A DNA stretch of 64,000 nt, from IMG/VR virus record IMGVR_UViG_3300027714_000001, positions 1 to 64,000 of that record. One strand, 5' to 3'. Numbering within the stretch: position 1 is the stretch's first letter; each line of letters starts with the position of its first letter. A program made the translations under genes and the position numbers. Under the pieces are notes generated by a model. It saw only the letters and a program-made list of their open reading frames with translations, had not been told where the DNA came from and searched no databases. Shown here in pieces: positions 41,048-51,084 of the stretch. The stretch is from a virus.

Positions 41048-41230
41048 ACTAGTATGCTGCAAAGGTAGACAGGCACATAAACCGTTTAGGTGTGTTCCGT
41101 AAGAGGATAGCTACAATTCTATACAGGTAAAGTTTTAAGTCGGGATGCCTGGCGGTACTAACTGTATAGGAGCTGAGGAGTAATGCCTTCAGTATAGTGA
41201 TTGCGGGTTCGACTCCCGTTGCTAGTACCA
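41048..41230 (+). ncRNA. tRNA-like RNA with ~120-nt insertion in place of the anticodon arm
   Basis: Acceptor ACTAGTA/TGCTAGT + ACCA, D-arm CTG..CAG, T-arm GCGGG TTCGACT CCCGT. Confidence 0.75.
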
Positions 41231-41270
41231 AAATCGCATCGTATTGAATTAATTTATTAAGGAAATATGT

Positions 41271-41570
41271 ATGTCAAGAACAATCAGAAGAAAAAACGTA
41301 GCTTTTTGGTGGAATAAACAAGAATACCTACAAAGCCATGAGCATGACTGGTCTTATGGTAGCATTTACTGTAAGACAGAACAAGACTATAATACAGAAA
41401 CTCGTGTATTTTATAGTGATAAATGTAACCCTGCCCCGCACAGTAAAAATGTTAAACATGCGGAAAATAGTAAGCGTAGAGCAGCGGAAACTAGAAAACT
41501 AAAATCTTACAGAGGTTTTGGGTGGATAGAGTTCGAAAAGCTCTATGACGATAGATGGAACTGGGATTAA
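41271..41570 (+). CDS. Hypothetical protein
   Basis: AAGGA SD, MSRTIRRK start. Confidence 0.7.
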   Translation: MSRTIRRKNVAFWWNKQEYLQSHEHDWSYGSIYCKTEQDYNTETRVFYSDKCNPAPHSKNVKHAENSKRRAAETRKLKSYRGFGWIEFEKLYDDRWNWD

Positions 41571-41575
41571 ACAAT

Positions 41576-41661
41576 GGAAGATGATCTAGTCTGGGACTAG
41601 CGCCGCTTGCTAAGCGAACGGAGCCGAAAGGCTTGGGGATCAATACCTCCTTCTTCCTCCA
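41576..41661 (+). tRNA. tRNA-Ser(GCT)
   Basis: Long variable arm with GAAA loop; atypical T-loop; CCA. Confidence 0.8.
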
Positions 41662-41676
41662 AATTAAGGTAATAAC

Positions 41677-42400
41677 ATGTACGGACTATATAAAACTACA
41701 ACAGTAATGGACTACGAAGGGGACATTGATTCCTACAAAACTTTACTAGCTGTAGCCCCTAGTTCCTCAGAACTAGTGGAGCGTTGGGACAAAAAATGCG
41801 AAAAAGAGTTAAAAGCAGTAAGTGAGTTACACAAAAGCTATGCAGATAACGTACCTCCTAAGTTCCTGAAAGGACAAAAAAGCCTTGAGTATTTAGGAAA
41901 TACTGGTGGGGGATATAGTTACGTAAAAATTATTGTTACTATTGAACAAATAAAACAGTGGGACAAATAATGTTTACTGCCTCATATGACTTTGAGATAC
42001 AGCAGTTTTTTATATACTATAACCACGGATTAGTGGGGTATTTTGATCCCAAACAAAAACCCAAGTACATAGACTTTTGCGATATATATCTACCTTTACA
42101 TTTAAGTAAACTTCATCTCAAACAACTAGAAAAAATTCTAGATTTAAAAGGGTCAACAGAATAAAACAGGGAACTTATAAAGTAAGTGGCACAATCGTAC
42201 ATGATACTCCTAAACTTGTGGTTTTTATGATGAAACACCTTAACCCACCTGCTTACTCTCACAGACTAGTTAGGTACGAGGAACTAAGAGATCATTATAT
42301 TTTTAAAGTAGAATCCGAACTATTTGAGCTAAGAGAAGATGTTCCTATGTACCTAGTATATTTTAACGTAAACGGGGTTGTTTCCGTAGAAATTGTTTGA
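41677..42400 (+). CDS. Small hypothetical genes (41677-41970, ~41970-42164, ~42218-42400)
   Basis: Consecutive + strand ORFs. Confidence 0.5.
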
Positions 42401-42456
42401 CAGATTGCCCAAATAAGCGTATAATAGCTTTATTGAATTGATAAAAGGCTAATAAA

Positions 42457-42816
42457 TTGAGTACGACACTAGAACAAGACTGGCGGGCATACAATAAAAA
42501 AATGCGTCGTCAATGTATGCACCAAGCGCAGTTTAATACTCTTAGAGAGTACGAAAAGTACCGAAATGGTACGCTTAAGTATACTAAAGAATTTACGGAG
42601 CTAGAGAAAAAAGATATAATATATCGTAGAAATGCTGCTCCCTCCCCTAAAACATTAAAGCAACATCCACTACCTAACAAAAACCCAACTGCAAAGATTA
42701 AATCCCCTGAGTACACAGGCACACTAATCAAAGGCATTAGCACAATGCACAAAAGTAACGCAGTTCCGGTTATTAATACCCAAGAAATGATTGACCACGC
42801 AAATATGCGGAGATAG
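42457..42816 (+). CDS. Conserved phage hypothetical protein
   Basis: YTGTLIKGISTMHKSNAVPV motif recurrent in large phages; own promoter. Confidence 0.7.
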   Translation: MSTTLEQDWRAYNKKMRRQCMHQAQFNTLREYEKYRNGTLKYTKEFTELEKKDIIYRRNAAPSPKTLKQHPLPNKNPTAKIKSPEYTGTLIKGISTMHKSNAVPVINTQEMIDHANMRR

Positions 42817-42880
42817 TAAATTTATTTCTTGACAAAATACTTAAATTCTAGTATAGTATATTTAGTGGTTCAAAAACACT

Positions 42881-42958
42881 GGAGTCGTAGCTAAAGTGGC
42901 ACAGCACCCGCTTCATATGCGGAAGAATATCCGATTTCGATTATCGGCGACTCTACCA
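42881..42958 (+). tRNA. tRNA-Met(CAT), elongator type
   Basis: Cloverleaf, TT CAT AT loop, CCA. Confidence 0.8.
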
Positions 42959-42973
42959 AACAAGGTAAGCCTC

Positions 42974-43336
42974 ATGAACATTTATTTAGATGATGAAAGA
43001 GTTCCCAAAACAGAAAAAGACTGGGTAATTATCAGAGACGCAAACTCTCTAATAAATTTAATTATACATTTAGGAACCTTACCAGATCATATATCTTTTG
43101 ACCATGATTTAGGGGAAAATGTAAAAACTGGGTACGATGTTGTTAAATCTATAGAGTATCATTTACTGTCTGATTTAATAAACTGGAATCCTAGATTTAC
43201 TTTTACAGTACACTCAGCTAACCCCGTAGGAGCAAAAAACATACAAAGTCATTTGGACAACTTAATTAACCACATGAACCATACACAGGGAAAAAGTAAT
43301 GGCGAAATTACTGTTAGTAAAGGACTACCTATTTGA
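42974..43336 (+). CDS. Cyclic-phosphate-processing receiver domain protein
   Basis: MNIYLDDER, ISFDHDLG, GYD, VHSANPVG motifs; start taken as ATG 42974 after the tRNA. Confidence 0.75.
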   Translation: MNIYLDDERVPKTEKDWVIIRDANSLINLIIHLGTLPDHISFDHDLGENVKTGYDVVKSIEYHLLSDLINWNPRFTFTVHSANPVGAKNIQSHLDNLINHMNHTQGKSNGEITVSKGLPI

Positions 43337-43604
43337 AATAGACAGTCATAAGATAACCATACCTTCAGGGTACACTTGGGACGGAGCAAATATACCACTA
43401 ATTTTTCAGCCTATTGTAGGTAAAAGATTCGCAGTCATAAATATGCTGCCTTCCCTAGTACACGATTACCTAATAGAAATTAATTGGGACGTAAAAGAAA
43501 GAGATTTAAAATTCTACTCAGTTTTATTAGAAACTGGTAGAAACAAAAAAATAGCCTATATGATGTATCTAGCTGTTTGCTTATATAGTTTTATTTACTT
43601 TTAA
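43299..43604 (+). CDS. DUF1353-like protein
   Basis: IPSGYTWDGANIP...LVHDYL. Confidence 0.75.
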   Translation: MAKLLLVKDYLFEIDSHKITIPSGYTWDGANIPLIFQPIVGKRFAVINMLPSLVHDYLIEINWDVKERDLKFYSVLLETGRNKKIAYMMYLAVCLYSFIYF

Positions 43605-43605
43605 A

Positions 43606-43694
43606 GGAAGATGTAGTCACCGTTGGGTGTGTCCCTGGTCTTGAAAACCAGTGAGTCCAAAAGGGCAGGGGTTCGACTCCTCCTTCTTCCGCCA
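43606..43694 (+). tRNA. tRNA-Ser(TGA)
   Basis: Variable arm, G73, CCA. Confidence 0.85.
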
Positions 43695-44016
43695 AATTAT
43701 TATACTCTTAGAGTAAAAAATAGCACCGGGGGAACTTTGTGTTATATACATTTCAAAGAAGAAATATCTACAATTAGAGGTTACAGCTACACAGCCTCTT
43801 ATAAAAACAGGGATAAGCCCATATTTTCTTGCACTATACATTATATCTCAGATACCGAGGTATATTTGGGGGGTGCTATTGGCGTATGGGGAACAAAAGT
43901 ATTTAGAAAGTTGGCCACGGGTCTATCCCTTAGAGGCATAAAGCTAATAAGGTATGAACGAAACAAAGAATTAAAAGAAATAAATATAACTCGTTACGAG
44001 TAAAAAGGAAAATAAA

Positions 44017-44313
44017 ATGATTAGTGAAATTAATTTAAGTACACCTAAAACTACAGGAATAGTTGTGCCTACCTCAGCAGATTTCGTATTGCTACATACC
44101 TCAAAAACTAGAAGGTACTTAGAAGTAATAAATAACTCTGAGCAGGTAGTAGAGTTTGCCATAGGACAAAATTCACCTGCAAACGAAGACTATATAAAAG
44201 TAGGAGAGAATGGGCATTGGGCAGCAACACACACGGAATTCTTTTCTTCTATAACTAGTATTAAACTGTGGTTAAAAGCACCAGAAACTGCTAGTATCGT
44301 AATTATAAGCTAA
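44017..44313 (+). CDS. Hypothetical beta-rich protein
   Basis: AAGGA SD; coupled to next gene. Confidence 0.65.
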   Translation: MISEINLSTPKTTGIVVPTSADFVLLHTSKTRRYLEVINNSEQVVEFAIGQNSPANEDYIKVGENGHWAATHTEFFSSITSIKLWLKAPETASIVIIS

Positions 44314-45359
44314 TGGCTTATAGTTACTCTGGGCTACTTAAAAAAAGCTTTTCTTTCAATGAAATAAGTCTCCTATTTCCCCTGAGTTCAGAAGTTGTAA
44401 CTGATATTATTAAAAGGTTCTTTACGCCACTTCTAGGCTCAGGTGTGCAACATTATACCCATAACACCATTACTATGAGTGCAGATTTTGAAATAGAAAT
44501 AGATTATAAATTATATAATCTAACAACCGACAATGCATTAATCGGAGATACGGACGCACTCAGCGGGGATATTTGGAAAATTAACAAAGATAACAACAGT
44601 ATGCTTATAAGAATCGGAGGCACTACTTACACGACTACAGGCTCATACACGGAAGATTTAAAACTAAATACAGCTAAAATGACAAGAGTTGGCACCACAG
44701 TTAAGGTTTTCAGGAATGATGTAGAAATATACTCCGACACGATAGCCCTTGCTGATTTTACTATTGATATGGTTGGTACTAGACAGAATGGGGCTTATGA
44801 TTCATTTAGCGGGATACTTGCTAATTATAAAGTAACTAATATTGCATCTTTGGTTATGGACGCGCCACTTGACAAGCAGTACACAGCATCAGCGCCTACA
44901 GTTATAAATAAAGCCGATGCAAATAACAATCTGACAGCCGTTAACCTTGATAATGCTGGGTCTGAGTTTACTGCTAGTGATACGTATGGGTGGTTAGGTG
45001 AGAATAATGTCGGAGCACCAACTCGTATTTCCGATGACTGGACTAATAATGGAGATGGGAGTTACACGATAGATACACCTGACGGAAATTATGGCGACTG
45101 TGAACTTCAATTTGGAGTTAGCGAGGTGGGTTTCACGTATTTTGTTGAAATAACTATGAATGAGCCAACTGGAAATTCTAACCTTAGAATGAGGAGCTCC
45201 TACCCAAATATTGATTTTACTACAGCGGGTGATTATTCAAAGTTGGTAACAGCTCTCTCTTCTGCATGTCCAAAATTTAATAGGCGTGGAGGCGCTCATG
45301 CTTTTGCTCAAACTCTTTCTAATCTATCTAACAGACAGGTATTGGAGGTTGCATCGTAA
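44313..45359 (+). CDS. LamG/concanavalin-A-like beta-sandwich protein
   Basis: DFEIEI...RVGTTVKVFRND...FSGILAN pattern. Confidence 0.55.
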   Translation: MAYSYSGLLKKSFSFNEISLLFPLSSEVVTDIIKRFFTPLLGSGVQHYTHNTITMSADFEIEIDYKLYNLTTDNALIGDTDALSGDIWKINKDNNSMLIRIGGTTYTTTGSYTEDLKLNTAKMTRVGTTVKVFRNDVEIYSDTIALADFTIDMVGTRQNGAYDSFSGILANYKVTNIASLVMDAPLDKQYTASAPTVINKADANNNLTAVNLDNAGSEFTASDTYGWLGENNVGAPTRISDDWTNNGDGSYTIDTPDGNYGDCELQFGVSEVGFTYFVEITMNEPTGNSNLRMRSSYPNIDFTTAGDYSKLVTALSSACPKFNRRGGAHAFAQTLSNLSNRQVLEVAS

Positions 45360-45805
45360 TGAAAAAATGGAGCATGATAAGCGAACAGACAGAATTAACA
45401 AATCCCGCACTAAAATGGTTTAAACAGTGGGCGTCTATGATTGGCGTATCCCATGACACAGTAAACCGTATACATTGCCATTGCCCACCCGAGGATTTAT
45501 TAGTTGGAGTCGAAGAAGTGTTAATTTTTAACTCTGAACTTGCTGAAACTGATAGACCAGCAGCACTACTCCAATCAATAATACAAGCCGCTAAGTTTAT
45601 GCTTTCAAACTCTGCCAATATTTTAACGGGTGATGCTTGGCTATTCGATGAAATGTATAAAACAAATTACCATAGAATTTGGTGTGAGAGGCACAATACA
45701 ACGGAGTCTTTTGAGGCTGACTATCTAGCCGTATTTGGACAAGCAGCAGGGACAACAACACAAGAACAAGCAAGCAGATTAATTAAACAGTACTTCGGAG
45801 GTTAG
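45359..45805 (+). CDS. Hypothetical protein
   Basis: Coupled TAATG start. Confidence 0.65.
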   Translation: MKKWSMISEQTELTNPALKWFKQWASMIGVSHDTVNRIHCHCPPEDLLVGVEEVLIFNSELAETDRPAALLQSIIQAAKFMLSNSANILTGDAWLFDEMYKTNYHRIWCERHNTTESFEADYLAVFGQAAGTTTQEQASRLIKQYFGG

Positions 45806-45962
45806 ATGAGTTTAAATGATACAGAAGTTCAATTCCTTGTGAATGACTTAGGGGTTCCCCAAGGAAATACTGTATTATATTAGTTAATTTAAAAAACTTG
45901 TTGCGTAGTAGCTTATTGTTTGCTATAATATGTTTCTGGAATTGAGAAAAGGCAATTATATT

Positions 45963-46370
45963 ATGACTTCACAAGAACTACAAGATTATCTAACTGAGGA
46001 TGCAGCCGTGGGCGAACGATTTTATAGACAACAAGCAGAACGTGGTCGCAAAGGCTTACCTACAGGCTCAAGCACTTGTAGCGACCCTTATGCTACTTTT
46101 CCGAAAGGCGAAGGCAAAAAAACTGTTGCAAAAGCACCACGTAAATTAAAAGCAGATTATGTGTCAGAAATTGGCGTAGCTGGTATTGACAAGCTTACTT
46201 TAGTAGACTTGCAAGTGCTTGCTGCTCTAGTCACTGACATTAAACTTGTTATGCCTACTGGCAGACTCAAGTCGCCTTACATCGACCAGTGCAGTTTGCT
46301 ATGTCCCGAAGTTAAGTTCGACAAGCTTACTATTGCTACTCTCAAGTTACTTATAGGTAAGTATTCATGA
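45963..46370 (+). CDS. Hypothetical protein, paralog of 63522-63863
   Basis: Internal repeat K..Y...DKLT...L; start taken at ATG 45963. Confidence 0.65.
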   Translation: MTSQELQDYLTEDAAVGERFYRQQAERGRKGLPTGSSTCSDPYATFPKGEGKKTVAKAPRKLKADYVSEIGVAGIDKLTLVDLQVLAALVTDIKLVMPTGRLKSPYIDQCSLLCPEVKFDKLTIATLKLLIGKYS

Positions 46371-46553
46371 GAGTAATAGTTATAGCAAGTGTATCTCCAA
46401 CTAGCCTAGAGTATGACATAAACTATGCTTTGAGTGATGTTAAAAATTCGGAAGTAGTTTCAGATATAAAGTACGTAAATACTAGTGGTTCTTACAGTCA
46501 GTACGTAACAGCTATAATACACGTAGAACCAAAAGCAGAAACAATTTAATTAA

Positions 46554-46631
46554 GTCCCCATAGCTCAGTCTGTGTAGAGCGTTCGACTCATAATCGAAGG
46601 GTCACTGGTTCGAATCCAGTTGGGGACACCA
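46554..46631 (+). tRNA. tRNA-Ile2(CAT, lysidine type)
   Basis: Resembles bacterial ileX-type tRNA (CGACTCATAATCG..GGTC.CTGGTTC). Confidence 0.85.
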
Positions 46632-46689
46632 AATTCTTAAAAAACTTATTGACAAGAATATTAAATCTTGCTATAATAGTTATCTGGAA

Positions 46690-46966
46690 TCGAGAAAGGA
46701 AACGAAAAATAACCGAGTCACTATAAGTGATCCCGATTTATTGCCGTAGGATAGGTAGTACGTAACCGAAGCAATACGACCCTGGAGTGTCAAGCTACAA
46801 ACACTGGGCGTTATACCTGAAAAAACAAACCAAGAGCATGGCCGTATCAGTTCGAAACAACTGGGTCTTCGTGAAAGCCGAAGCAATTTAATAAAAGACT
46901 TTGAAGATAGATTGCTTCTATCCTAAAATACTTGTACAGACAGGCATATCTACTCAAAGTCTTTTC
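46690..46966 (+). ncRNA. Promoter-driven structured RNA(s)
   Basis: TTGACA-17-TATAAT at 46649; no ORF; 12-bp stem 46893-46904/46954-46965. Confidence 0.5.
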
Positions 46967-46973
46967 TTAAATT

Positions 46974-47049
46974 GGGGACATAGTGAAACTGGAGATCACA
47001 CGATTCTTCTAAATTCGTATTCGGGGTTCGAGTCCTCGTGTCCCTACCA
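46974..47049 (+). tRNA. tRNA-Arg(TCT)
   Basis: Cloverleaf, CCA. Confidence 0.9.
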
Positions 47050-47050
47050 A

Positions 47051-47141
47051 GCATGTGTAGACCAGTAAGGATCTGGGGCGGCCTGTAAAGTCGTCGTTGC
47101 CGAGAGGAGCCGTGTAGGATCGTTACCTACCACATGTACCA
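47051..47141 (+). tRNA. tRNA-Tyr(GTA)
   Basis: Long variable arm, CCA. Confidence 0.85.
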
Positions 47142-47143
47142 CA

Positions 47144-47313
47144 TTACTACTAGTATCGGAGAATGCTATGAGAGACAAAAATAGTTGGATTGAAGGCACA
47201 GATGTTTAATAGTGAAACTCAGGGATTTATTAAAGTAGGAGTGTGGGATGGTGAATACCATAGAATCTCACAAGACGACTGGCCAGGTGTTTAATTCAAA
47301 GGAACTAGTATAA
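47144..47313 (+). ncRNA. Structured RNA between tRNA-Tyr and tRNA-Asn
   Basis: Closing stem TACTAGT/ACTAGTA, internal hairpins, no ORF. Confidence 0.45.
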
Positions 47314-47321
47314 CAAATTTA

Positions 47322-47398
47322 GGGTGAGAAGCTTAAGTGGCATAAGCGACTGGCTGTTAACCAGAAGATAGAAGGTTCGAGTCCTTCCTCTCCCGCCA
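47322..47398 (+). tRNA. tRNA-Asn(GTT)
   Basis: Cloverleaf, G73, CCA. Confidence 0.92.
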
Positions 47399-47404
47399 CA
47401 TTAT

Positions 47405-47479
47405 AAGGACGAGCATAAGGTATGCGTCGGGTCTCCAAAATCTTGAAAAGACAGAGTTCGATTCTCTGCGTCTTTGCCA
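47405..47479 (+). tRNA. tRNA-Trp(CCA)
   Basis: CT CCA AA loop, G73, CCA; short D arm. Confidence 0.8.
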
Positions 47480-47517
47480 AATCCTCTACCTTAGGATAGC
47501 ACATTAGATTGTGTACT

Positions 47518-47540
47518 AGCCCACTTCGGTGGGCTTTTTA
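47518..47540 (+). terminator. Intrinsic terminator
   Basis: AGCCCAC TTCG GTGGGCT + T tract. Confidence 0.85.
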
Positions 47541-47676
47541 TCCTTCTAAAATAACTTATAAATGTTCTTGCTTAAACGCTAATTGTTTGCTATAATATGT
47601 TTCTGGAATCAAGAAAGGCTTTAGAAAATTTTGAACTTTATAAATGTTAACTCTCTCATCTTAGGAAAATAAATTA

Positions 47677-47997
47677 ATGAAGAAAATATTATTAGCAGTA
47701 ACATTAGCCACGATGTTAGTATCGTGTGCAGACAACAAAGTATTACCCCATTATGGAGAAGTAAAAACTTATGGACTAGTTGATGCAAGTGCAGTAAAAC
47801 TTCCTTGTGTTAATTATGAAGTAGCTATTGGAAACGTAATCTGGTCAGCTATTTTTGCCCCGACAGTAGCAGTCCCTATATACATGGTAGGCTTTAGTAT
47901 TATGGAACCGACAAGTGTTGACGAGCTTTGTATGATAAAGACATTTGATGAAACCGAAGTCGGCAACTTGTTTAGAGAATACGAAAAAACTTTGTAA
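47677..47997 (+). CDS. Lipoprotein
   Basis: MKK + hydrophobic segment + LVSC lipobox. Confidence 0.7.
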   Translation: MKKILLAVTLATMLVSCADNKVLPHYGEVKTYGLVDASAVKLPCVNYEVAIGNVIWSAIFAPTVAVPIYMVGFSIMEPTSVDELCMIKTFDETEVGNLFREYEKTL

Positions 47998-48049
47998 AAC
48001 TTCTTGACTAATAGCCAATAACTCGGTATAATAGTTCTAGAAATTGAGA

Positions 48050-48400
48050 ATAAAGGCTAAAGCAATTTAGTCTAGCCATACGCTTGAGGCTTAAGATAGC
48101 GGGGTCACTTTCAAGACCTATACTATGAAACAGATTCTATAGTCTGTAAAACTCTGGGGTCTAGTAGTTATGTGTCTCCTTAACAATACTACCGATTCAG
48201 TCACACTTCGTATTCAGGGTGATAGTTGGCTACTTAATGCTAGACGCGGGTACTTAGTCTATAAAATATAGTATCAGGGGATTAACTGGCCACTTTACTT
48301 AGCAGTTCGGGAGATCGTCACAGGAATAATGAGCCTGTAAATAAGTGGTGCAAGAGCGTAGAAGTTATAATAACGTGTCCACTCTAATCAACAACTTAGA
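48050..48400 (+). ncRNA. ~300-nt structured RNA candidate
   Basis: Promoter TTGACT-17-TATAAT at 48004; closing TACGCT (48079)/AGCGTA (48355); no ORF. Confidence 0.5.
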
Positions 48401-48454
48401 AAATAACTTAAAAAACAACTTGCATAACGACTTAAAAATCGGTATAATAGTTTT

Positions 48455-48629
48455 AGAAATTGAGAAAAGAGAGAAAAACTTCTCCTTGAAAAAGCGGTAC
48501 TTCACATCTTTTCTCAAATTTCTAATGTAAGAATCACTGGTAGACAATTCTGCCGTTGACTATGCTTCTTCAGGGGGTGTCTTCTCTAGTAACAACTTAG
48601 GTTGGAGAGTGATTCTTACATTAGAAATT
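48455..48629 (+). ncRNA. RNA closed by a perfect 22-bp stem
   Basis: Promoter at 48420; 48517-48538 is complementary to 48608-48629. Confidence 0.55.
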
Positions 48630-48724
48630 AAAATAACGCAGCAGACCTCTTGTAGGATTGATGAAGCGGAAATAAATTTTTAAAAGACTTGCATAACGGC
48701 TTCAAATCCGGTATAATAGTTTTA

Positions 48725-49395
48725 GAAATTGAGAAAAGAAAAAGAAACGAGTAGCGTGCGAAAGTGATGTTTTTTCTTTTCTGAAAGTTAGGGTAACGCT
48801 CGTGCACTGAGTGAAGGTTCAACTCCTTCTAGTAAATTTCTATTATGCAGGGTACAGTAACCTGACGATGAAAAATACTGAAACCTTTTAATATCCTAGT
48901 AATAAAGTAAAAAGATTCTAGGTAATCCTTCTGGCGATTCAAGTCTTAGATAGGCGGTGAGAAGTGTATTATACAGATGCGTCCGCGACCAACCAACTAA
49001 CACAAAGAATGATACGTAGCCATTACGTTAGACTGCAAACCGTTAAGGGCAGGCCAAGCTCCTAAGAAAACAATCTTGGAAGGCTTATACATATATTGCT
49101 TAGCACTTTGCTCCCTAAGTCTAGTGTGGAATCTATACAGAGGCAAATGCCTCTTTCAGGTCGAAATACCTAGACACACGAAATTGCTAGTCAGCGCAAT
49201 TAAAGATTAACTGATATACAAAGGTGTGACTCCTTTGTCCTTATTAAAGCGTATCTTGAAAGAGGAATAAGAACCTTACGCTGTGATAGCATCCTGCGGT
49301 AGTACGCTTTAATAAGGAAAGTTGTTCAACGGCAGCTCAAAGCGGCATAAAAGATTAATGCAAGGTAAATATTGTTTTCCTTGCGCTTTCCTTAA
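48725..49395 (+). ncRNA. ~670-nt non-coding transcript with several structured domains
   Basis: Promoter at 48689; T-arm-like hairpins; 16-bp stem 49238-49253/49303-49318; no ORF. Confidence 0.5.
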
Positions 49396-49416
49396 CTACT
49401 CAACAAAGGAACAAAA

Positions 49417-49770
49417 ATGGAATACACAATAAAGTGTGATACGCTAGACGTAAAAATGGTAGTTAAAGTTTTAAATAAGGAAAAGTTTGAAGCAGCCATG
49501 ACAAAGACAAATAAGTTTTGGAGTGGAAGCGAAGGAAGAGCTCTGTGTTACGGGGGACATGTACTGGCAGGACTTAAAATGTTTGCTCAAGAATGTCTTC
49601 AGCAAATCGCCTTTAATAACTTTCTTAATGGAGATTACTTAGAATATAAGTTTGATTGGAGCAAAGAAAACCAAGGTATTGAAGGCTTTTATAATTTCGC
49701 TACAGCAGGACTGAAAGTACTGGAAATTAATTCTTGGTTTGTCTGTACTGATGAAATAGAAATAAAGTAA
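49417..49770 (+). CDS. Hypothetical protein
   Basis: AAGGA SD. Confidence 0.7.
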   Translation: MEYTIKCDTLDVKMVVKVLNKEKFEAAMTKTNKFWSGSEGRALCYGGHVLAGLKMFAQECLQQIAFNNFLNGDYLEYKFDWSKENQGIEGFYNFATAGLKVLEINSWFVCTDEIEIK

Positions 49771-49814
49771 AAAACTTCTTGACTAAATACTAGAATCCCC
49801 GTATAATAGATTCT

Positions 49815-50957
49815 AGAAAGTTAAGAAAAGAGATTAATACGAAGCAAGATTTACTCACTTGTTTTTATAAAGGGCGGTTTTATAGTATTGTAAACGTCTA
49901 AAGGAAGAAAGGGTACAGAGTTCTTCACTATAGTTTTAATTTCTTTTCTTAATTTTCTATGCACACTAGCTTCGGCCACATAGTGTAAGAAAGTTAAAAC
50001 CCTTTCTGTCCAATAATCAACGTAAGTCCTGACCCAGGCATTGTAGGGAGAGAGGTGCAATTCCTACCATATCCACGAGTAACGGTCAGTTTACTGAACT
50101 AACTCTAGGGATAAGGTAGATTAAAGCAGGGCGGTTTAGCGTCCTTAAAATAACCCACTGAAAGGTGGAAAAGGTAACTTGTCAGGTTGCCGCTGTGTAG
50201 GCTCCGGTTTACAATAGTTTATCTAGACAAGCACAAGTTTCATTCCGTAAGAATGTCTTTGAGTCTAAAATCAGAGATAGCATTAAAAGGAACGAGCGTA
50301 GGTACTCCCGACAGGCGAGTATAGCGGCTAATAACCAAAAAGCCAAAATTAGACATGGGGACATATTTAAACCTGCAATCCACTCTAGTACGAAATATGC
50401 AAAAACTAATGTGTAGTTGTTTCAGTCCGAGTAGTCATATAAGGGCAGGCAGCAGTAACAAAGAATTGTTTGTAAATAGACAATCCTTAAAATACGGTGG
50501 AGTAGCGGGAACGCGAAAGACAATGTGGTGTGGAATATTTTGTAAGTCAAAAGCTTACGAACTCCTGACGGAACACATCGCAGACAACTAAATAACGCTA
50601 TTGGTTAGCATTTGACTCTTAATCAAACTATCGGGTTCAATTCCCCATTAATCAAAAGTTTCCGTCGGTACGTTATCGAAAGATTGCTAATCCCTGACAA
50701 TAATGAATCAGGGCATATAAAGGTCGAAAGCCTGCATATGTTTACAACGTAGATAAATTTAGTCTCTTAGCGGAGAGTAACAGCCCTAAAGGTTGGAAGG
50801 AATCGAAATGTAGAGTAGATACGTATGACAGTCTTATATGCTTACAAGACTTTAAAGACAAGCGCAATCGGTGGGATACTAGGGAGACCTAGTGGATACG
50901 CAGCTAACTCATATGGCTCGCAAAAGACCTGCTACTAGAAGCCTTAATCTCAGGCTG
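49815..50957 (+). ncRNA. ~1.1-kb large structured RNA, GOLLD-like candidate with embedded tRNA-Lys(CTT)-like element
   Basis: Promoter at 49779; no credible ORF; many hairpins; tRNA arms at ~50597-50647; 3' end AGCCTTAATCTCAGGCT. Confidence 0.55.
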
Positions 50958-51084
50958 ATATAAATTAACTCTTTAGAGAGTATTTATGGGGACACTTTAG
51001 CTTTACCTAAACGCGAATAAGGTATAAATTATAGTAAAGAAGTTGAAGACTAATGCATTAGTTGGATGGACTAAAATATTATAA

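Noticed and set aside
41048-41230. Canonical tmRNA or group I intron tRNA
   Set aside because: Too short, no G3:U70, and no recognisable intron core
48845-48890. Hammerhead-like CTGACGA...GAAA
   Set aside because: No credible stem II or stems I/III around the core
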